64,000 bases of DNA from Diadema antillarum (lineage: Eukaryota): assembly GCF_040938485.1 (NCBI RefSeq), contig NW_027271768.1, forward strand, positions 248,001 to 312,000, read 5' to 3'. The translations under genes and the position numbers were made by a program. This document shows positions 1 through 13,990 of the stretch, piece after piece; positions within the stretch are counted from its first letter, which is position 1, and each line of letters starts with the position of its first letter. A model generated the notes under the pieces. That model saw nothing but the letters and a program-made list of their open reading frames with translations, was not told where the DNA came from and did no database searches.

Positions 1-189
1 TATCTTTTATTATTGTAAAGTAAATTAAAGGATTACGATTTTTTTCACAACTTGTACGTAATTCAATTTCAGTTTTCCCCAGTGTACAATGTAAGACAGT
101 CCAAAATGTGATAACCTGCTGTCATAATACACTGACTTAGCAGGGATCGTAAGAGAAAACCAAATTGTCCATAATAATTCATAGCAATC

Positions 190-445
190 TGTAACTATCC
201 GTAACTATCCGAAAAATGCACAACTCTCCGCAAGTGTCCAGAACTATTATGTGCCAATTCGTAAGAATATCCGCAAGTGGACGAAAGTATTCGCATCTGG
301 TCGTATCTGTCCGTATCGCCCGCATTTTTTGCCCGCATGTTTTGTACAAATTTCTGGTGACGGCAAAGAATCCGCGGTGGTCCGCGGAAAAAATGACTTT
401 TTTGGACGTAACGCCAGACGCAGAGCATTATGTGACTGGGGCTTT
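190..445. mobile_element. Harbinger-like MITE fragment
   Basis: Ends in GTGACTGGGGCT-TTA with internal TATCCG(C/T)A subrepeats. The other terminus was not found. Confidence 0.35.
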
Positions 446-835
446 ATACCGTTGAACTCGTAATATTTTACTCTTTCTTATCGGACAACTTATATTTGGA
501 CTGGATTTCACCTTATGCGTGCCACATTAAGTTTTTGAACATAGGTATGTGTGTGACATTTGTGTCCATTTGACTCACTGGCACGGGAAGGGTTACTGTA
601 TTCTTAGTAACCTGGGATATGTGACCGTGGTTAAATTAAAAATGGCCTATACATGCTATATATATCTAACCTCTTTTAGAGATCCGTGTGAGTGTCTTGG
701 TGACATAGGACTGTAGGATGTCTCCAAAATTGACAAAAAACTCATTCATTGTTTCAGTCAATCTTTGAAATCGCAACAGGGTGCTTTGAAATCAAAATGC
801 TCGTGGCCTTAATGTATTAAGATATAATTAATTAT

Positions 836-3800
836 CTACATAGCCCCAATTAACATCCGAATCGTGGCGACAGACTTTTCCCCCGTCAGATCAGCAACGG
901 CTTCGCCCAGCGCTTTCTTGTCCTCAGGGAGAACGACCAGGTGTCTGAAAACCGGGTAATCGACTTGGACGCATTTCGTCATCAAGACGTCGAGTACGTC
1001 GTCGACTGAAGGGCCCGGGGTCACTTTCATTGCGTTGATTAAGCCTCTCACTTGACGTCTATCGATGTCGTGAATGGTGTCGTCATTGCTCTGGGCTTCT
1101 AGTTGAGACAAAACCGATGTCACCATTCCTGTGTTCACCTTAGTAGGTTCGATCAGGCACACCCTAAAGTAAAATCAACATACACGTGTACATGATATAC
1201 AGTTTTAAACTGAACATACAGTATTGGGGAGCTTTAGATTTTCGCGACGCGGACGTTCAAAGGGAAAAACATGTTCTGGGCATGCCTGCGCATGCGCAAA
1301 ATTGCTTATCAACATCAATTCATAGCTCGCGTTGTCTGAGTTTTCACTACGCGTTCTGGGCTATTTTTAGGTCCTCTCAATTCATGGCGCAGAGAGCTAT
1401 ACTTGACGCACCAATCATAGTATGGGTGCACTTTTATTTTTAAAGGTTGTGTCTCCCCGTTATCTAAACTACTTTGCAACACAACGCAGGGAGAGAAGAG
1501 AACGCCCAACGCAATCGTCATCTTAAACGTCCGCGTCTAATCTAAATCTAAAGGTAAGGCTCCCTATTGTCAAGATCGCTATGACAGCAATCACGAACAC
1601 ACACATCAATAACACAGGACTGGAAAAAGTTTGAACAGCGTTCGCTACAAAGAGGCCATGCCTTGCGAGACTCGTCACATCTTCCATTGTACTAGCTGTG
1701 ATGTTGTGGCCCTAATTAAACAGATATTAAACTTCCCATGAATATAGAAGAACACATTGAAGAATCATGGATTCATATGTAACTTCTAACTGACACACTG
1801 ATATATCCAAAAACACAAGTCTAGACTTTCGAAAGCGGCCTTAAAATCAATTAGTGTGACTAATAGAGCAGATGGACCCATGTCACGCTGCATTCAAAAT
1901 CTTGATGAACAAATGCAAAATATCATTTTGATAGGATGAAACTCTCTTTTGGTCAGCTCGGCCGTTTCAAAGTTTGTTTTCATCACGATTTTTTTATTGA
2001 CTCTAAATTATGCGTTGACTCGATGTCCCTTTACCCGAAATCACATCGAAACCAAAATTTATCTCTTTTATGTGGAAGTAGTAAATGTACAACCATTATT
2101 GTAGTACACATTAGTAAAGTTCAAAGTTTATTCGATAATATGTTCAAAATTATTAAAAATTTCATAAATTTGATATTTCTTAATATGCCGTCATCGCTTG
2201 GTGAAAAGACTAATTTTCCAAAGAGCGCAATATATACCTCTTGAAGAAGACAGTTTGAATGATATTTCCCTTATACTATATGTCAATTACAAGTTCTAAG
2301 GAAAGATTAGTGGAATTTAGGCATATTCTCTTCAAATTGTCACAAATCGTTGTTGATGGCTCATAAATTTAATCAAATATTTAAAAGACCATGACTCTTA
2401 TAAATGTTGCCTAAAATTGTGTGTTTGCAATGATGTCATAAACAATGATAACCGGCAATTGGATGAATTACCCTGTGATTGTTGGAATGATGAATTAGTG
2501 TCAAAGAAAATGATTACTACTCCATAATACCTGATATTGAATGACTTGACAGTGGAGAGTAGTGATTCAAAAAATCCTTCCAACGCAAACTTGGAGGCGC
2601 TGTAGAAGTCATAGTAAGGGACGCCTGCAATCCAGTGAGACAGTATACAATAAATCATTGACAATGACGTGGAATGAAGAGTTGACATGTCTGAAGTTCT
2701 GAAAACAATGAAGAAATATTAGCTAAGGGGTTATACAAGCGGCTTGTACGCCTCTCTCCTCTATATTCTCCTGATCGCATTCACACATTCTAAGGTTGCA
2801 TAGCAACTATTTTTAGTAATCTTTATCGATCTACTTTAAGTATGTATGTATTGCAATTGATTGACAAATATGTCCTACATCGACATAAATAAGCACTGAA
2901 TTGATCAGTGTTTTAGTAGTAGCCATGATAAAAAAAAAAATAATGGGCGTACATACTCGAGCAGGATTCGAACCAACGATCTCCTGATCGCCGGACAGGC
3001 GTCCTCTCCACTAGACCACCGAGCTTGCGCCCGACAGCAAGTTTTCAATCAGTTGCAATGAAAACATCTCGACGGAAGAATGTCATGAATTTTAGTACGT
3101 ATGTATATGTGTAAATCTATTCGTTTATTCATTCTTATATATTTATTCATTCCTGTTTATAGGTTTATCTATCGTTTATTCTCTTTGATGAACAAATTGG
3201 TGGGGTAGATGATTTTATTTATGGATGTTATAGTCATTATCTGCATTCAGACTATTCATTACAGTGCACCAAGATAATCATTAACATGATTAAGGAGTTC
3301 TTGCAGCGTTTTTGGCAGTTTCTCCTCTCAATACATTATGTTATCACCGTTCTGATTATTTTTCCTATCATTATCATCTTTATCGTTTAGCATAATGATA
3401 TTATGCATATAGAGACTGAATCTGTATATGCTTCTATAGGATGTGGTTGTACATAGTAGTAGTATCATCATCATCATAATCACCATCATTTTACAGTTCT
3501 GAATTAACACTTCCCGTCTTTAGTAAGTCACTATCTCGTTTCATGCCTTGTGTGCATTCAACTGCCTCTAAGTAGCCCAGACAAGATTTTGAGCATTGGG
3601 AGTGAAATTTGGAACAAAGCGTTACCACCAATGTGTCAGTTGGCGTTCATGCAGGAAACTTTATTCCCGTACCTTGTTTTCCCGCCACACTCGTTACGCT
3701 GATGATTTTTCCCGCCTTTTTCTGCTTCATGTGAGGGAGTACCGCCTGAGTGAGTCGAATAGTGCCGATTGTGTTCACGTTGAAGATGGTCTCGATCCTT

Positions 3801-5657
3801 GCACGTGACACGCATTCCGGGATTCCCACGACAGCAATTCCCGCTATGTTGACTGAAGAATAAGGAGATCAATACATCTGAGCTACCACATCATCACAGC
3901 AAAACTTTCCAATCTCCACTTGGCACAATGATATGGCTAATGCACTGCGGTTATACTTCAAACGTCTATATTACTGCCTTTAGACGTGAAAAGCAGAAAA
4001 CAAACAACGTAGCCCCCTTGATAAAAAAAACGTAGTGCTCTTGTTGATTAACAGGTTTACGTAGTGGAAAATGAATTTGGTCATATAGGCAAACATTTAA
4101 TGGTTTAAAAAAACCACAACATTTCAGTGGGCAGGCCATCGAAAAAAACACCCTACATTATCAAATTTCAAGAGACACAATGAGAGGAGAGGCTCATTAT
4201 TTTGTCGTCAGGAGAATATTCTACGAGATTGATTCAGCAGGCGTGCAATTCAACACCTAGCTGGCTTCGCTGAAAAGGGCAAGATCCAACACTTAAGCCT
4301 GTGCCTAAGCTGAGCTGACAGTAGTTGCCTGCATGTGGACTACGCAATGTCAAACGTATTATATGAGACAGATATTCGACTGTCAAATTTGCAAGAAAGC
4401 CATCGCGACAATGTCCAATAGAATCACATCAATGCGGCAGATAGGTAGGTCAACTCATACACGGTGGAACAGTCTCGGGATCGCAGTGAAACTGCTTCAG
4501 CAATAGGTTTAATAGGACTGTATAGGGAGCATCGTTTTAGGGAAAACATGTAAATGTTTAGGATTCTATAGCATTTATATTTTAGATAGAACGATAATGA
4601 AGCATCAAATGTTATTTATATAGATGAATCAGCCTGACACGACAAATTTCATGAAAATCATTGAAAATAATCAACTGTTGGTATACTTTAACATAAGAGG
4701 TAGATCCAAGTCCTCGAAAAATTCGCCAATATATCATGTTTCATCATTGACCACCTTTGAATCTCATTGCATAATTTTCTGTTTTAAGCAGGTTTATAGG
4801 ACTGGATTAAATGCTTTGATTCTACTCAAAATTAGACGGACATCATCACAGAATTGCTGGTTTCAGATAAGGACATAATCTCTAACCTTGCAATGTAAAG
4901 ATTGTATCATTCTATGAAGGAATCAGCTAAGAAATTGGGCAATTACAAGATCTGAAAAAAAAAATCTGACAGTGCTATTTGAGCAGCAGCGATGACAGAG
5001 AACTGATGAAATACATGTTTGGTGTTTTAACGGTAAACACAATGTAATGGAATGAAAAAAAATCATGAAAGCAAATCAAATTAATAGCTATTGGTATTAT
5101 TATTATCAGCTATTAATAGCTATTAATGTAAATAGCTATCAATATTATTATCAGCTATTAATAGCTCTTAATATTATTATCAGCTATTATTATTTTTTTC
5201 AATGTTGCCTATTTTATTTCTTTCTTTGAATAACAACAAACAAGAACAACAACAAGAACAAGGCAATGACGAAGATAAAACTAATATTTTGTCACTTCGC
5301 TTCCTTTTTTTTCGATTACGGAGCTTTGTTGGCCTTTTCAACGAAGAGTAAACCAGCCATGCAGGAAACGGCTGTGATCAGCAAGTACTCACTGAGAATA
5401 TCGACGCCTCCATGCGTTGTAATGACGTCATCAACTACTCGTGTGATGTCTTCATCCTTGGTGATGTCCATCTCCTTAATGAAGATTGTTTTATCAATAG
5501 CGTCCCCAACGGCGGCAACTAACTCGGCCTTTTCTGACATGGCAATGACGGTAGCGATGACAAGGTAGCGTTGATCGGGGTCTTGTGCGAGACGTCGAGC
5601 CGTAGAGAGCCCGATACCAGACGAACATCCAGTCACAAGTACTACTTGAGGAGCCAT
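836..5657 (-). CDS. SDR copy A: retinol dehydrogenase 8 / 17beta-HSD1-like classical SDR, 288 aa; exons complement(5393..5657, 3673..3852, 2531..2624, 836..1163)
   Basis: Four exons with GT-AG sites splice in frame (265+180+94+328=867 nt). Motifs: MAPQVVLVTGCSSGIG (TGxxxGxG), NIAG, FNVN, ISVTS, catalytic YSASK, FALEGFFESL, CLIEP. Family assignment from recognised motifs; one-to-one orthology to RDH8 is not claimed. Confidence 0.9.
1226..1565. mobile_element. PIF/Harbinger-like MITE in intron 3 of copy A
   Basis: Termini GGGGAGCTTTAGATTT..ACGCGGACGTT / AACGTCCGCGT..AAATCTAAAG..GCTCCCT with 3-bp ATT duplication. The paralogous site in copy B (~16990-17010) is empty. Confidence 0.65.
2930..3041 (-). 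mobile_element. tRNA-derived SINE head in intron 2 of SDR copy A
   Basis: Pol III A box TGGTCTAGTGG and B box GGTTCGAATCC on the minus strand. Imperfect cloverleaf with no U33; adjacent homopolymer run. Confidence 0.7.
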
Positions 5658-6479
5658 GGTGACCACACGAAGTTCCCCGAGTTCTTTATATGAAGATAAT
5701 ACATGGAAACAAGTTTACCCGAATAGTTTAGCATTATCGCGGATTTGTTCATGTAAAGGTGAGATGTCGAAAAATTATTGATAATGGCATTTGAGACGAA
5801 ATAAGTATAACCTGTACGAGAATGACTCCCTGTCATTTAATTATCATAATATTTAACTTCACGCTATATAGCTGGTTAGGTTAAATGAATTATTTACCAT
5901 TTGCAGATGAAACAAAAGCCAAGCTTTCGTGCTGCACGATTTTAAATGTGAACCTGCAGTCATGCAGGCTGGCCTTCTGATGTTACCACTTTCATTGAGA
6001 GATCCCATCCATTCAGTGAGACATGCATTGTTCCTTCACGATAACACTCAAATTTGGAAAAGTGTAATTTGTCATTGTTGTTTTTAAAGTTAATGTGCTC
6101 CGTTATGCATGACATTTGTCAACATAATTAGGTATCATTGGAAAGAAGAAAAGTTTTTCTTTCCCCACAATCAACATTGCACTCTCCAGAGCTGACAATT
6201 TTGAAATATTAGCCCTCCAAATTTGGATTACATTTTTTTTTGGATACGCACTGTATATTCCTTTTCGTGAAGCCCGAATTCATATTTGTCAATAAACAGG
6301 TGGTCCTCTACAGCAAAATGAATAATATTCATCATAAATCCCGATATATTCAAAGCTAAATGAAAAAGATACACATAACGGCCCTAAGCTAACTAAATTC
6401 CGGCCTTCTTTCAAATTGAATGAAGCTATTTGGAACATGGTTGCCTATTCACGAATTTGAATGATCGACGAGATTTCGT

Positions 6480-6720
6480 CGCCAGCTTGCCATGAATTTG
6501 AATGCTCATTGCTGAAATGCGTGCTCCTCTCTTAAATTTAAATGCTCCAATTGTGAATTTGAGTGCTCTGACAGTGAACTTGAATGTTCCGATAGTGAAT
6601 TTGAATGCCCCGATAGTGAATTCAAATGACTGGATTTTGAATTTGATAGCTGATTCAGCGCTGCGAGCATGGAACGCGTAAAATTGAATGCTCGGAATAG
6701 GAACTTGGTTAACGAAAGTA
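6480..6720. repeat. Diverged ~21-bp minisatellite (GTGAATTTGAATGCTCCGATA-like)
   Basis: Successive imperfect head-to-tail units, with no unique spacers. Confidence 0.6.
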
Positions 6721-7439
6721 TGAAATTGAACGGGAAAACCTATAGTTTTAATAATAACAATAAAATTATTTCGACTAAACCGTCTACAGTTATTGTTATT
6801 GAGAATAAATCAAATGATAGTATCTCCTTAGATTATATAGGCTTTATTCAAAAAAAATTTATATGGTAGGATGCTTTGTGCTGCAAGTGACCCTAAACAT
6901 ATGCATCGAATGTGATACCTCGAAGATTTTAAAATCACTGCTCCATGTTAAACAATACCGTTAAGTTTGTCTTCCAACATTATTTTCATGCATTCTACTT
7001 CTTTTTCTTGCTCCTCATCTTCTTTGTTCTTTCCTTCCTTCTCTCTTTACACTTTTGATAGGCGCTCATAGTTTAAGTTTACTATTAAGACTAGCGGTAT
7101 CCTCTCTGATGATATCTGCTCAGAATTTTAGAGAATGTCGATTAAAGTCGACAAATTTCTAATACTTATTTAATTTCCTGCATGGTTTGCATTGCTGCTT
7201 TCTGTGTCCATACAAACTCTGTTCTCAACGTTAACAACACCTGTAATGCACGTCAAAACAATGCTGACATTTATCACACAGTAGAACCCAAACATCTATC
7301 ACTTTATGTTGTATTTTGCTGTGCTCGACTTCTTTTTTTTTTCTTTTCCTCATTCTCCGGTTAACAATGTGAACTTCATATAGCGATGAAAGCAGAACAC
7401 GGACCCACAATACATCGAAAAGAACAAAGCAACGTATCA

Positions 7440-7478
7440 TTGATAATAATAATAATGATAATGATGATGATAATAATG

Positions 7479-7520
<42 letters not shown>

Positions 7521-7530
7521 TTGATAATTA
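7440..7530. repeat. (AAT/GAT)n microsatellite
   Basis: Directly visible. Confidence 0.95.
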
Positions 7531-7665
7531 CAATAAAAATATAATTATAGAGCCTCATATAAAGCGCTCATTCTACCTAAAAAGATACTCATGGCGCTGT
7601 AGAACACAGTACATTCCTGTATCACGTGACAACATACATACTAATACATACTAATGTCTTCTCAC

Positions 7666-7745
7666 CTTTTGCAGAAGGTCGGAAATCTAAAGGTGCGACG
7701 TAAAGTGCAGTGCGATCTTGTGTGTGCTGTGTCCAGTGAGACGGT
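7666..7745 (-). other. Inferred non-coding first exon of SDR copy A
   Basis: Paralogous block (CGTCTCACTG...GATCGCACTG...AG|GTGAG donor) shared with blocks upstream of copies B, C and E. 5' end approximate. Confidence 0.55.
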
Positions 7746-8829
7746 CAGAATATTCTAGACAAAACTGTAATGACATTTTAGTTTTTAGCCGACTTGTGTA
7801 AACTGTATAGGGGCAGTTGGTCAGTACGACTGCGATATATCTTGAGGGTGAAGTCTATGTATGCTCAAGACAAATAGTCCATGAGTATTTTCATAGTTTT
7901 AACCTGGCCATAAAACAAGCTGATTTTTTTTTTTCTGGATAGGTCGAGAAATATGTCTAGAATAACATACTTAAAGTCCTCATAAATCCTCCTTGAGCGT
8001 TTTTTTGCAATCCACGCAAGTATCGTAATCCAAGATGGCGTCCAATATGGCCGAAATTTCATGAAATTCTTATAACTTTTCAACCAGAAAAACCAAATAC
8101 AAAATTTAAATGTCTAAATATATGTTTTGAAGTATGAGGAACTCAATAAAATACCTACCAAGAGTTGTTGAAGCATGCAAGTACCGTAATACAAGATGGC
8201 GTCAAAATGTCTAAATATATATTTTGAGACATAAGGAACCTAATGAAATACTTATTCAGAGATCATGAAGCGCGTAAGTACCCAAAAACCACTCGAGTTC
8301 TTCGCGAAAACCAAATGTTGGCCCAAATGGCCACCATTTGTTTATCAAAACATTGCTGCTTTTAGCCTGTTTCAGAGACAATGACATTCAACATACTGTT
8401 CAAGATTCAACAACACAGAAGGTCCAGGGGAATCTTTCCCTAGAATGTGCACAACATGGATAAAGGTTGGTCTGGATGCATCCTCAGATAATACAATACT
8501 TTATTTTCCAAATATTTAACTTGAAATATACGAACTTTGTCATTGAATTGCAATCATGAAAAGGCTAAACGTATTAAAATAATATTAAATATATTCTTTG
8601 AGGATGGACAATTTTCTCAATATTACACCAAGGGTGCAGTAGGCCGTTTAATGACGATCATAAAAATACAGAACTCCCTCCATTCGAAAGGGGTCTCCAT
8701 CCCCCACATCCTCCACTAGCTCATTGCCTTGAGTATACTAGTCTTTATTCTATTTACACTCGAAATAAATATCTAGTATTTCATCAACAGTGCATACCAT
8801 AAAACCCGTAAAAAAAAATCCCCGTTTTG

Positions 8830-9510
8830 TTGGAGGGTGAACCACCTCATACACGTTCCCCGCATATTTCCATAGATATATAATTTCTTACTTTTATGAC
8901 AAAAACAAATATCAAATATTTCACCTAAAGAGTGCCCTAAATCTCTGAATATCAAATTGGAAAATGCTAAAGACTCCATCGTTTAGGAAGCAGTGTTCTC
9001 CTCCCATACTCCCTCCTACCCGACACTTTCCTGAATATATATTTTTCCTAACGTTTTAAAATAGAAAACAAATATTGGATATTTCACCAAAAGGGTGCAA
9101 CAGATCTGTGAATTTCAAGTCTGAAAAAGTGAAATTTTCCCTCGTGTGGGAGCGGGCAACCCTATGATCGCACACTTCCATGGTTATATATATTTTTGCT
9201 CCTTTTTTGATGGAAACAAAAATCTAATATTTCACCAGTAGGGTGCACCAGATGTCTGAATATCAAGTTTGAAAATGCAATATCTCCCACATGTTGGGGG
9301 GGGGGGGGGAGGGGATTCCTCTTCCACACCCTATTGCCCGTTTCCCTGAATACTACTTTATATTTTTCTTACTCTTTGATTGAAACAGTTCAATATCTTA
9401 TCAAACGTTTGCACTATACTAGTATGTTTCTCCTAAATATAGAAGTAAAAAAAAATCCCTCGTGTGGGAGGAGAGTATCACTCCTCCATGTACCCATAAC
9501 TATGAGTGTC
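8830..9510. repeat. About four diverged ~150-165-bp tandem units
   Basis: Anchor ATTTCACC..AG(A/G)GTGC..GAAT(A/T)TCAA..GAAAA recurs near 8920, 9080 and 9230, and weakly near 9395. Confidence 0.5.
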
Positions 9511-10400
9511 ATATTCTCTTATTTCTATCTTTTATCATTATAATTTTACCTCATCTACGCGAAGTGAATATCAAAGATAATTTAGACACTATGTTTTAGG
9601 TCCTATGTGTGTGTGTGTCATCTCACAACATGATACATCTATTATAGTCCATAACAGAACGTTGCATTTAAAGCATACAGAACTTAAAGAAAGTTTTTAG
9701 AAAATCTTTGATACATGTATAACTTTAAATACAGGGAGAAGTGGGACAGTGATGCTTTCCCAGTTCACCCCAGCACCCCAAAAAATTCAAAATAGCGGCT
9801 AACATGACATTTTATTTAATTTTTGCACAATCTTTTAATGCAAGTTATTGGAACTTAGGAGGCCTTTATAAATTATAACATGCTAAGTGCCTGCTAAAGC
9901 CTTGTAATGAATGCAGAAAGCATTTCAAACTGAATGCAAAAACTACCAAAAAAATGTGTGCGAAAAAAAGTTAATTCAAAATCAAACTTCTTTTACACGA
10001 TCCCAATATAGGAACGAGTACCTACACATTTATACGAGTCAAGGGTTCACTCAACGATAAGAGAGAATGCACTGATAACAATCCTATTGCTAACTGGTTG
10101 ATCAGTGTCGAAGCATACTATAGTGACCGTCATATCATAAGGTAAACATTGTCGTTGATAGCTGGAGAAAGGTTCATCAATTATAGATGATAGGTCACTT
10201 TTATGATAACTTAGTCGACATTACATATTGGCAGTCGTTCGGTAGTCTTATCTTTGAGCATTCCAAAGTGTAAATTTAATGAACAGGAATACTGGAGCTG
10301 ACCCACAAAATGATAATGACACACTGCAACAGTCTTTTAATTATAGAAACTGCAGTTAAACATAGTAACAAAAACTGATGTGGTATCAAACGGCAAAATA

Positions 10401-10402
<2 letters not shown>

Positions 10403-10444
<42 letters not shown>
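10403..10444. repeat. (GT)n microsatellite
   Basis: Directly visible. Confidence 0.95.
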
Positions 10445-10446
<2 letters not shown>

Positions 10447-10597
10447 AGTCAAGTAGTGTCCGTATAAAAATAACAAAATCATTTTGGGAACATTTCAAGT
10501 CTATTCTTTCACCGCCCCCCCCCCCCCGCAACGAGGAAGGCATCCCTAGATCCGCCACAAGCAATTTGCATACTGATAGCATTAAAATACATACTAA

Positions 10598-13500
10598 TTT
10601 CAGTTCAGTTCAGTTCAGTTCAATCATAGTTTATTTCCAATCAACGAAAATCAAAACGTAATACAAAGTATACATATCATAAAATGATATTGTCTAAACT
10701 TTTACAAAAGGTTCATGTAATATACGAAATAAATTATATACATCAACATATGTACAATAATCAGAAGGAACGATGCGTATACATGTATACTTCGCGAGCT
10801 TTCAGAAAATAACTTCAATTTTGGAAAATAGCGATCCACTAAAAAGCTAAGCTTGTAGGACGTGGATCGCTAGATAATTGATGAGTAAGCAATATATTAT
10901 TCAAGTTTGTTTTATTATTCTCTTACAGCATTTGTATTGAATGTACATTACTTAAGTCATTTGTAAAAATATAGCTATTTTGAGATACGCTGGCTTCGAC
11001 AATAATAGGAAATAAGAATAGAGTATCAATGCTAATGCCCAGACGGTGTTCATTGAACTGGTGTACCGGGAAAATATGAGAAGGACGACACACTCGTACA
11101 GACATTCAGTTACCCACACACATATACGACGCGAGACAGTACCGAGAAGAGAGAAGACGGTGACAATACAAGTCTACGAGGAACAAAAGACAGGAAGGAA
11201 GAGGAAAGAAGAAAAAAGAGAGAAGAGAGGTCTGCATACAGAACACGCCAAGTGCTGCGACATCAGGACAGGTGAAACCTCAAGCATATTAAAACAATTA
11301 ATTCAGATTATCTAGAATTATAAGTAGACAATAAATGTTTTCTGAATTTGTATTTAAATGTGAGGAATGAGGGTGAATCTTTTAAGCTATTATCTAGATT
11401 ATTCCAAAGTCTGGGTCCGGTATACAGAAATGTATTTTGGGCATGTGCGGTTCTCATTAATGGAAGATGGAATTCGTCGGATCGTCGCGTAGGATAATTA
11501 TGTACATGACTGTTTCGATGAAAAGAGTTGTGAAATATTTTGGGTAAAAAGTTGCTGTTATAATTAAACATGAACTGACCAAGTTGAAACACATACAAAT
11601 CTTTTATTTTTAGTATTTTATGGTCAAAAAACAAAGGATCTGTATGTTCTCGTGTATTTAGGCTATAAACAGTTCTGAGCGCTTTCTTTTGCAATAAAAA
11701 AAGTTTATCAAGTAATATCTGATATGTATTACCCCAAGCAAGAATCCCGTAGTTTAGATAAGGTAGTATCAAACTAGAGTAAAGAGTTAATAATGCATAT
11801 GAAGGAAGATAATATTTTAATCTGTTCATTACGCCAATGTTTCGTGAAATAATTTTACATATGCTATCAATATGATTCCTCCATGAAAGCTTGTTATCAA
11901 CGCAAACACCAAGAAATTTAAAAGTAGAAACTTCTTCTAGGGGAGTAGTATCAAATGATATTGCCCAGGAGGCTATCTAAAGAGTTACTAAAAAGCATAA
12001 AATTTGTTTTTTAAATGTTAAGTGACAATTTATTTGCGTATATCCATTGTATGACCTTTTTCAGTTCTTCGTTTACTGTTCTTGCTAAGATATTTGGGTC
12101 AGGATGGGAAAAGAAAAGGTTAGAGTCATCCGCGAATAATATGAATGATAGTTTCTCCGAGGATCTATGAAAATCATTGATATAAATAATGAATAACAAC
12201 GGGCCTAGTAAGCTCCCTTGTGGGACACCACATGTTATTGTTTTATTTTGAGAGTCAAAGCCGTCGACATGTACAAAATGGGATCTGTTTGATAGGTAAC
12301 TCGTGAACCATTCCAAGGCCTTTCCACGTATGCCATAATGGGATAATTTGGCGAGAAGTATTCCATGGTTAATCGTGTCAAAGGCCTTGGAGAAGTCCAA
12401 GAAGATACCTATCGTGTGTGAAAATGTGTCAAAAGCGTGTGTGACTTTGTCGATGAGGGCGAGTAATGCGTGTGTTGTGCTGTGGTTTTCCCTGAATCCA
12501 AATTGAAAATTTGAAAATATGTCGCAGGTTTTAAGAAAAGGTACTGTCCGGATGTAAACTATTTTTTCAAGAATCTAGGAGATAGAAGATAATAAAGATA
12601 TAGGTCTATAATTGTTGACGTCATCCTTCTCCCCTTTCTTGAAAATAGGAATTACTTTCGCAATTTTCATGCTATTTGGCACATGTCCAGTTGTAAGCGA
12701 TGAATTGATAATACAATGTGTATGTACTAAGGGATCCAATATTTGGGGAATTATGTTTTTTATCAGGTGGTTATCAATTCCGTCGTGGCCAGGACTTTTT
12801 CCTTCTTTCAAATTGGTAACAATCCTTGCTATTTCTTCTTTATATGTAGGGTCTAAAAATATAGTTTTGGAGTTGGGTGTATCTAAAAAATCAGTAAAAG
12901 TTTTACTAGAAAGAGGAATATTTTGAGAAAAATTTTGTCCAATTGAAGAGAAGAAGTCATTAAAAATTTCAGCCATGCCAGCGGGAGTGTTGCTGGAGGC
13001 ATCGCCCCATCGAACTTCAGTAATATTGGATGAATTGTTAGGTGTATTCATAGCATTTTCTTATATTTTCCATGTGTTTTTAATATCATTTTTATATTTA
13101 CTTATCTGATTTACATAAAAAATTTTCTTCCGCGTACGTAATAATGTGGTGAGTGTGTTTTTGTATGAAACATATTTTTTCTTATTTTTTTCAGTAGGAT
13201 TGCATCTGTATTTATAAAATAAATTATTCTTTCTATTCATAGATCGTAATATGGACTGGGTTATCGACGGGAGTCTTGGAATTTGCTTATATCTATCTTT
13301 ATGTTACGCTGCGGAATATGGTTATCGATTTCGGAGGTAATAGTAGATATGAAGTAGTCATAACACAAGTTGACATCGGTGGTGTTGTATACAAAGGACC
13401 AGTCGATTTCTTTGAGGCTGTTTTGGAGACTTGTAAGCTTATCTGCAGTAATCTTACGTCGCTTGTAATAGTTATTTTGTTTAGTCAGTTTAATTGGAAC

Positions 13501-13990
13501 CTGGGCAAATATAGGATAATGGTCAGTGATGTCTGAGAGGACGATACCAGACTCAGGAAGTGGAAGAACGTTACAAAAAATGTTGTCTATGAGGGTAGCC
13601 GATTGACTGGTGACACGGGTAGGCTTGGAAATTAATTGTAAAAATGAAGCAGACATTAATGTTTCTATAAATTCTTGTGGGTTGTTTTGGGAATTACATT
13701 TCATGAGATCAATATTAAAATCGCCCATTAAAAACGTGTCTTTAAGTGTAATGGGATTTTGTACTAAATCCTGCATATGTCAGAAAATCATTCAAATTCG
13801 ACCGAGGGGGTTTGTAAATTACGCCAATCACAATGTTTTTTCCATGTGGATTTATCAGTTCAATGAGAAGGGATTCGAATTTATCGTTCATAACACTGAT
13901 CTCCTCATGTATAATATATTTACATTTTTTTCGAGATGTACAAACCAATGGCATAATACAAGCTAGATTTGTGTAACAATTCCATAATTT
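10598..13990 (-). mobile_element. Degenerate 5'-truncated L2/CR1-group (Crack-like) non-LTR retrotransposon
   Basis: APE pieces (IVIGVIYKPP, MGDFNIDL, PTRVT..SATLIDNIF) and RT pieces (NYRPISLL, DFSKAFDTINH, GVPQGSLLGPLLF, LFADDSN) in several frames with stops and frameshifts. 3' end has AATAAA followed by a (TGAAC)n tail at ~10598-10640. Confidence 0.9.

Noticed and set aside
2955-3026. tRNA gene
   Set aside because: It has A and B boxes but a mismatched acceptor and anticodon stem and no U33, so it is called a SINE head.
6480-6720. CRISPR-like array
   Set aside because: Units are contiguous diverged tandem repeats without unique spacers, in a eukaryotic context with no cas genes.
7376-7558. 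Low-complexity ORFs (poly-Ile, HT-, VC-, RE- and YI-repeat ORFs here and at 10276, 37314-37829, 38171-38785, 44508-44831, 51239-51717)
   Set aside because: They are translations of microsatellites.
11308-13776. Reverse-transcriptase ORFs as a host gene or retron-like system
   Set aside because: They are fragments of an APE+RT LINE broken by stops and frameshifts, with a typical LINE tail.
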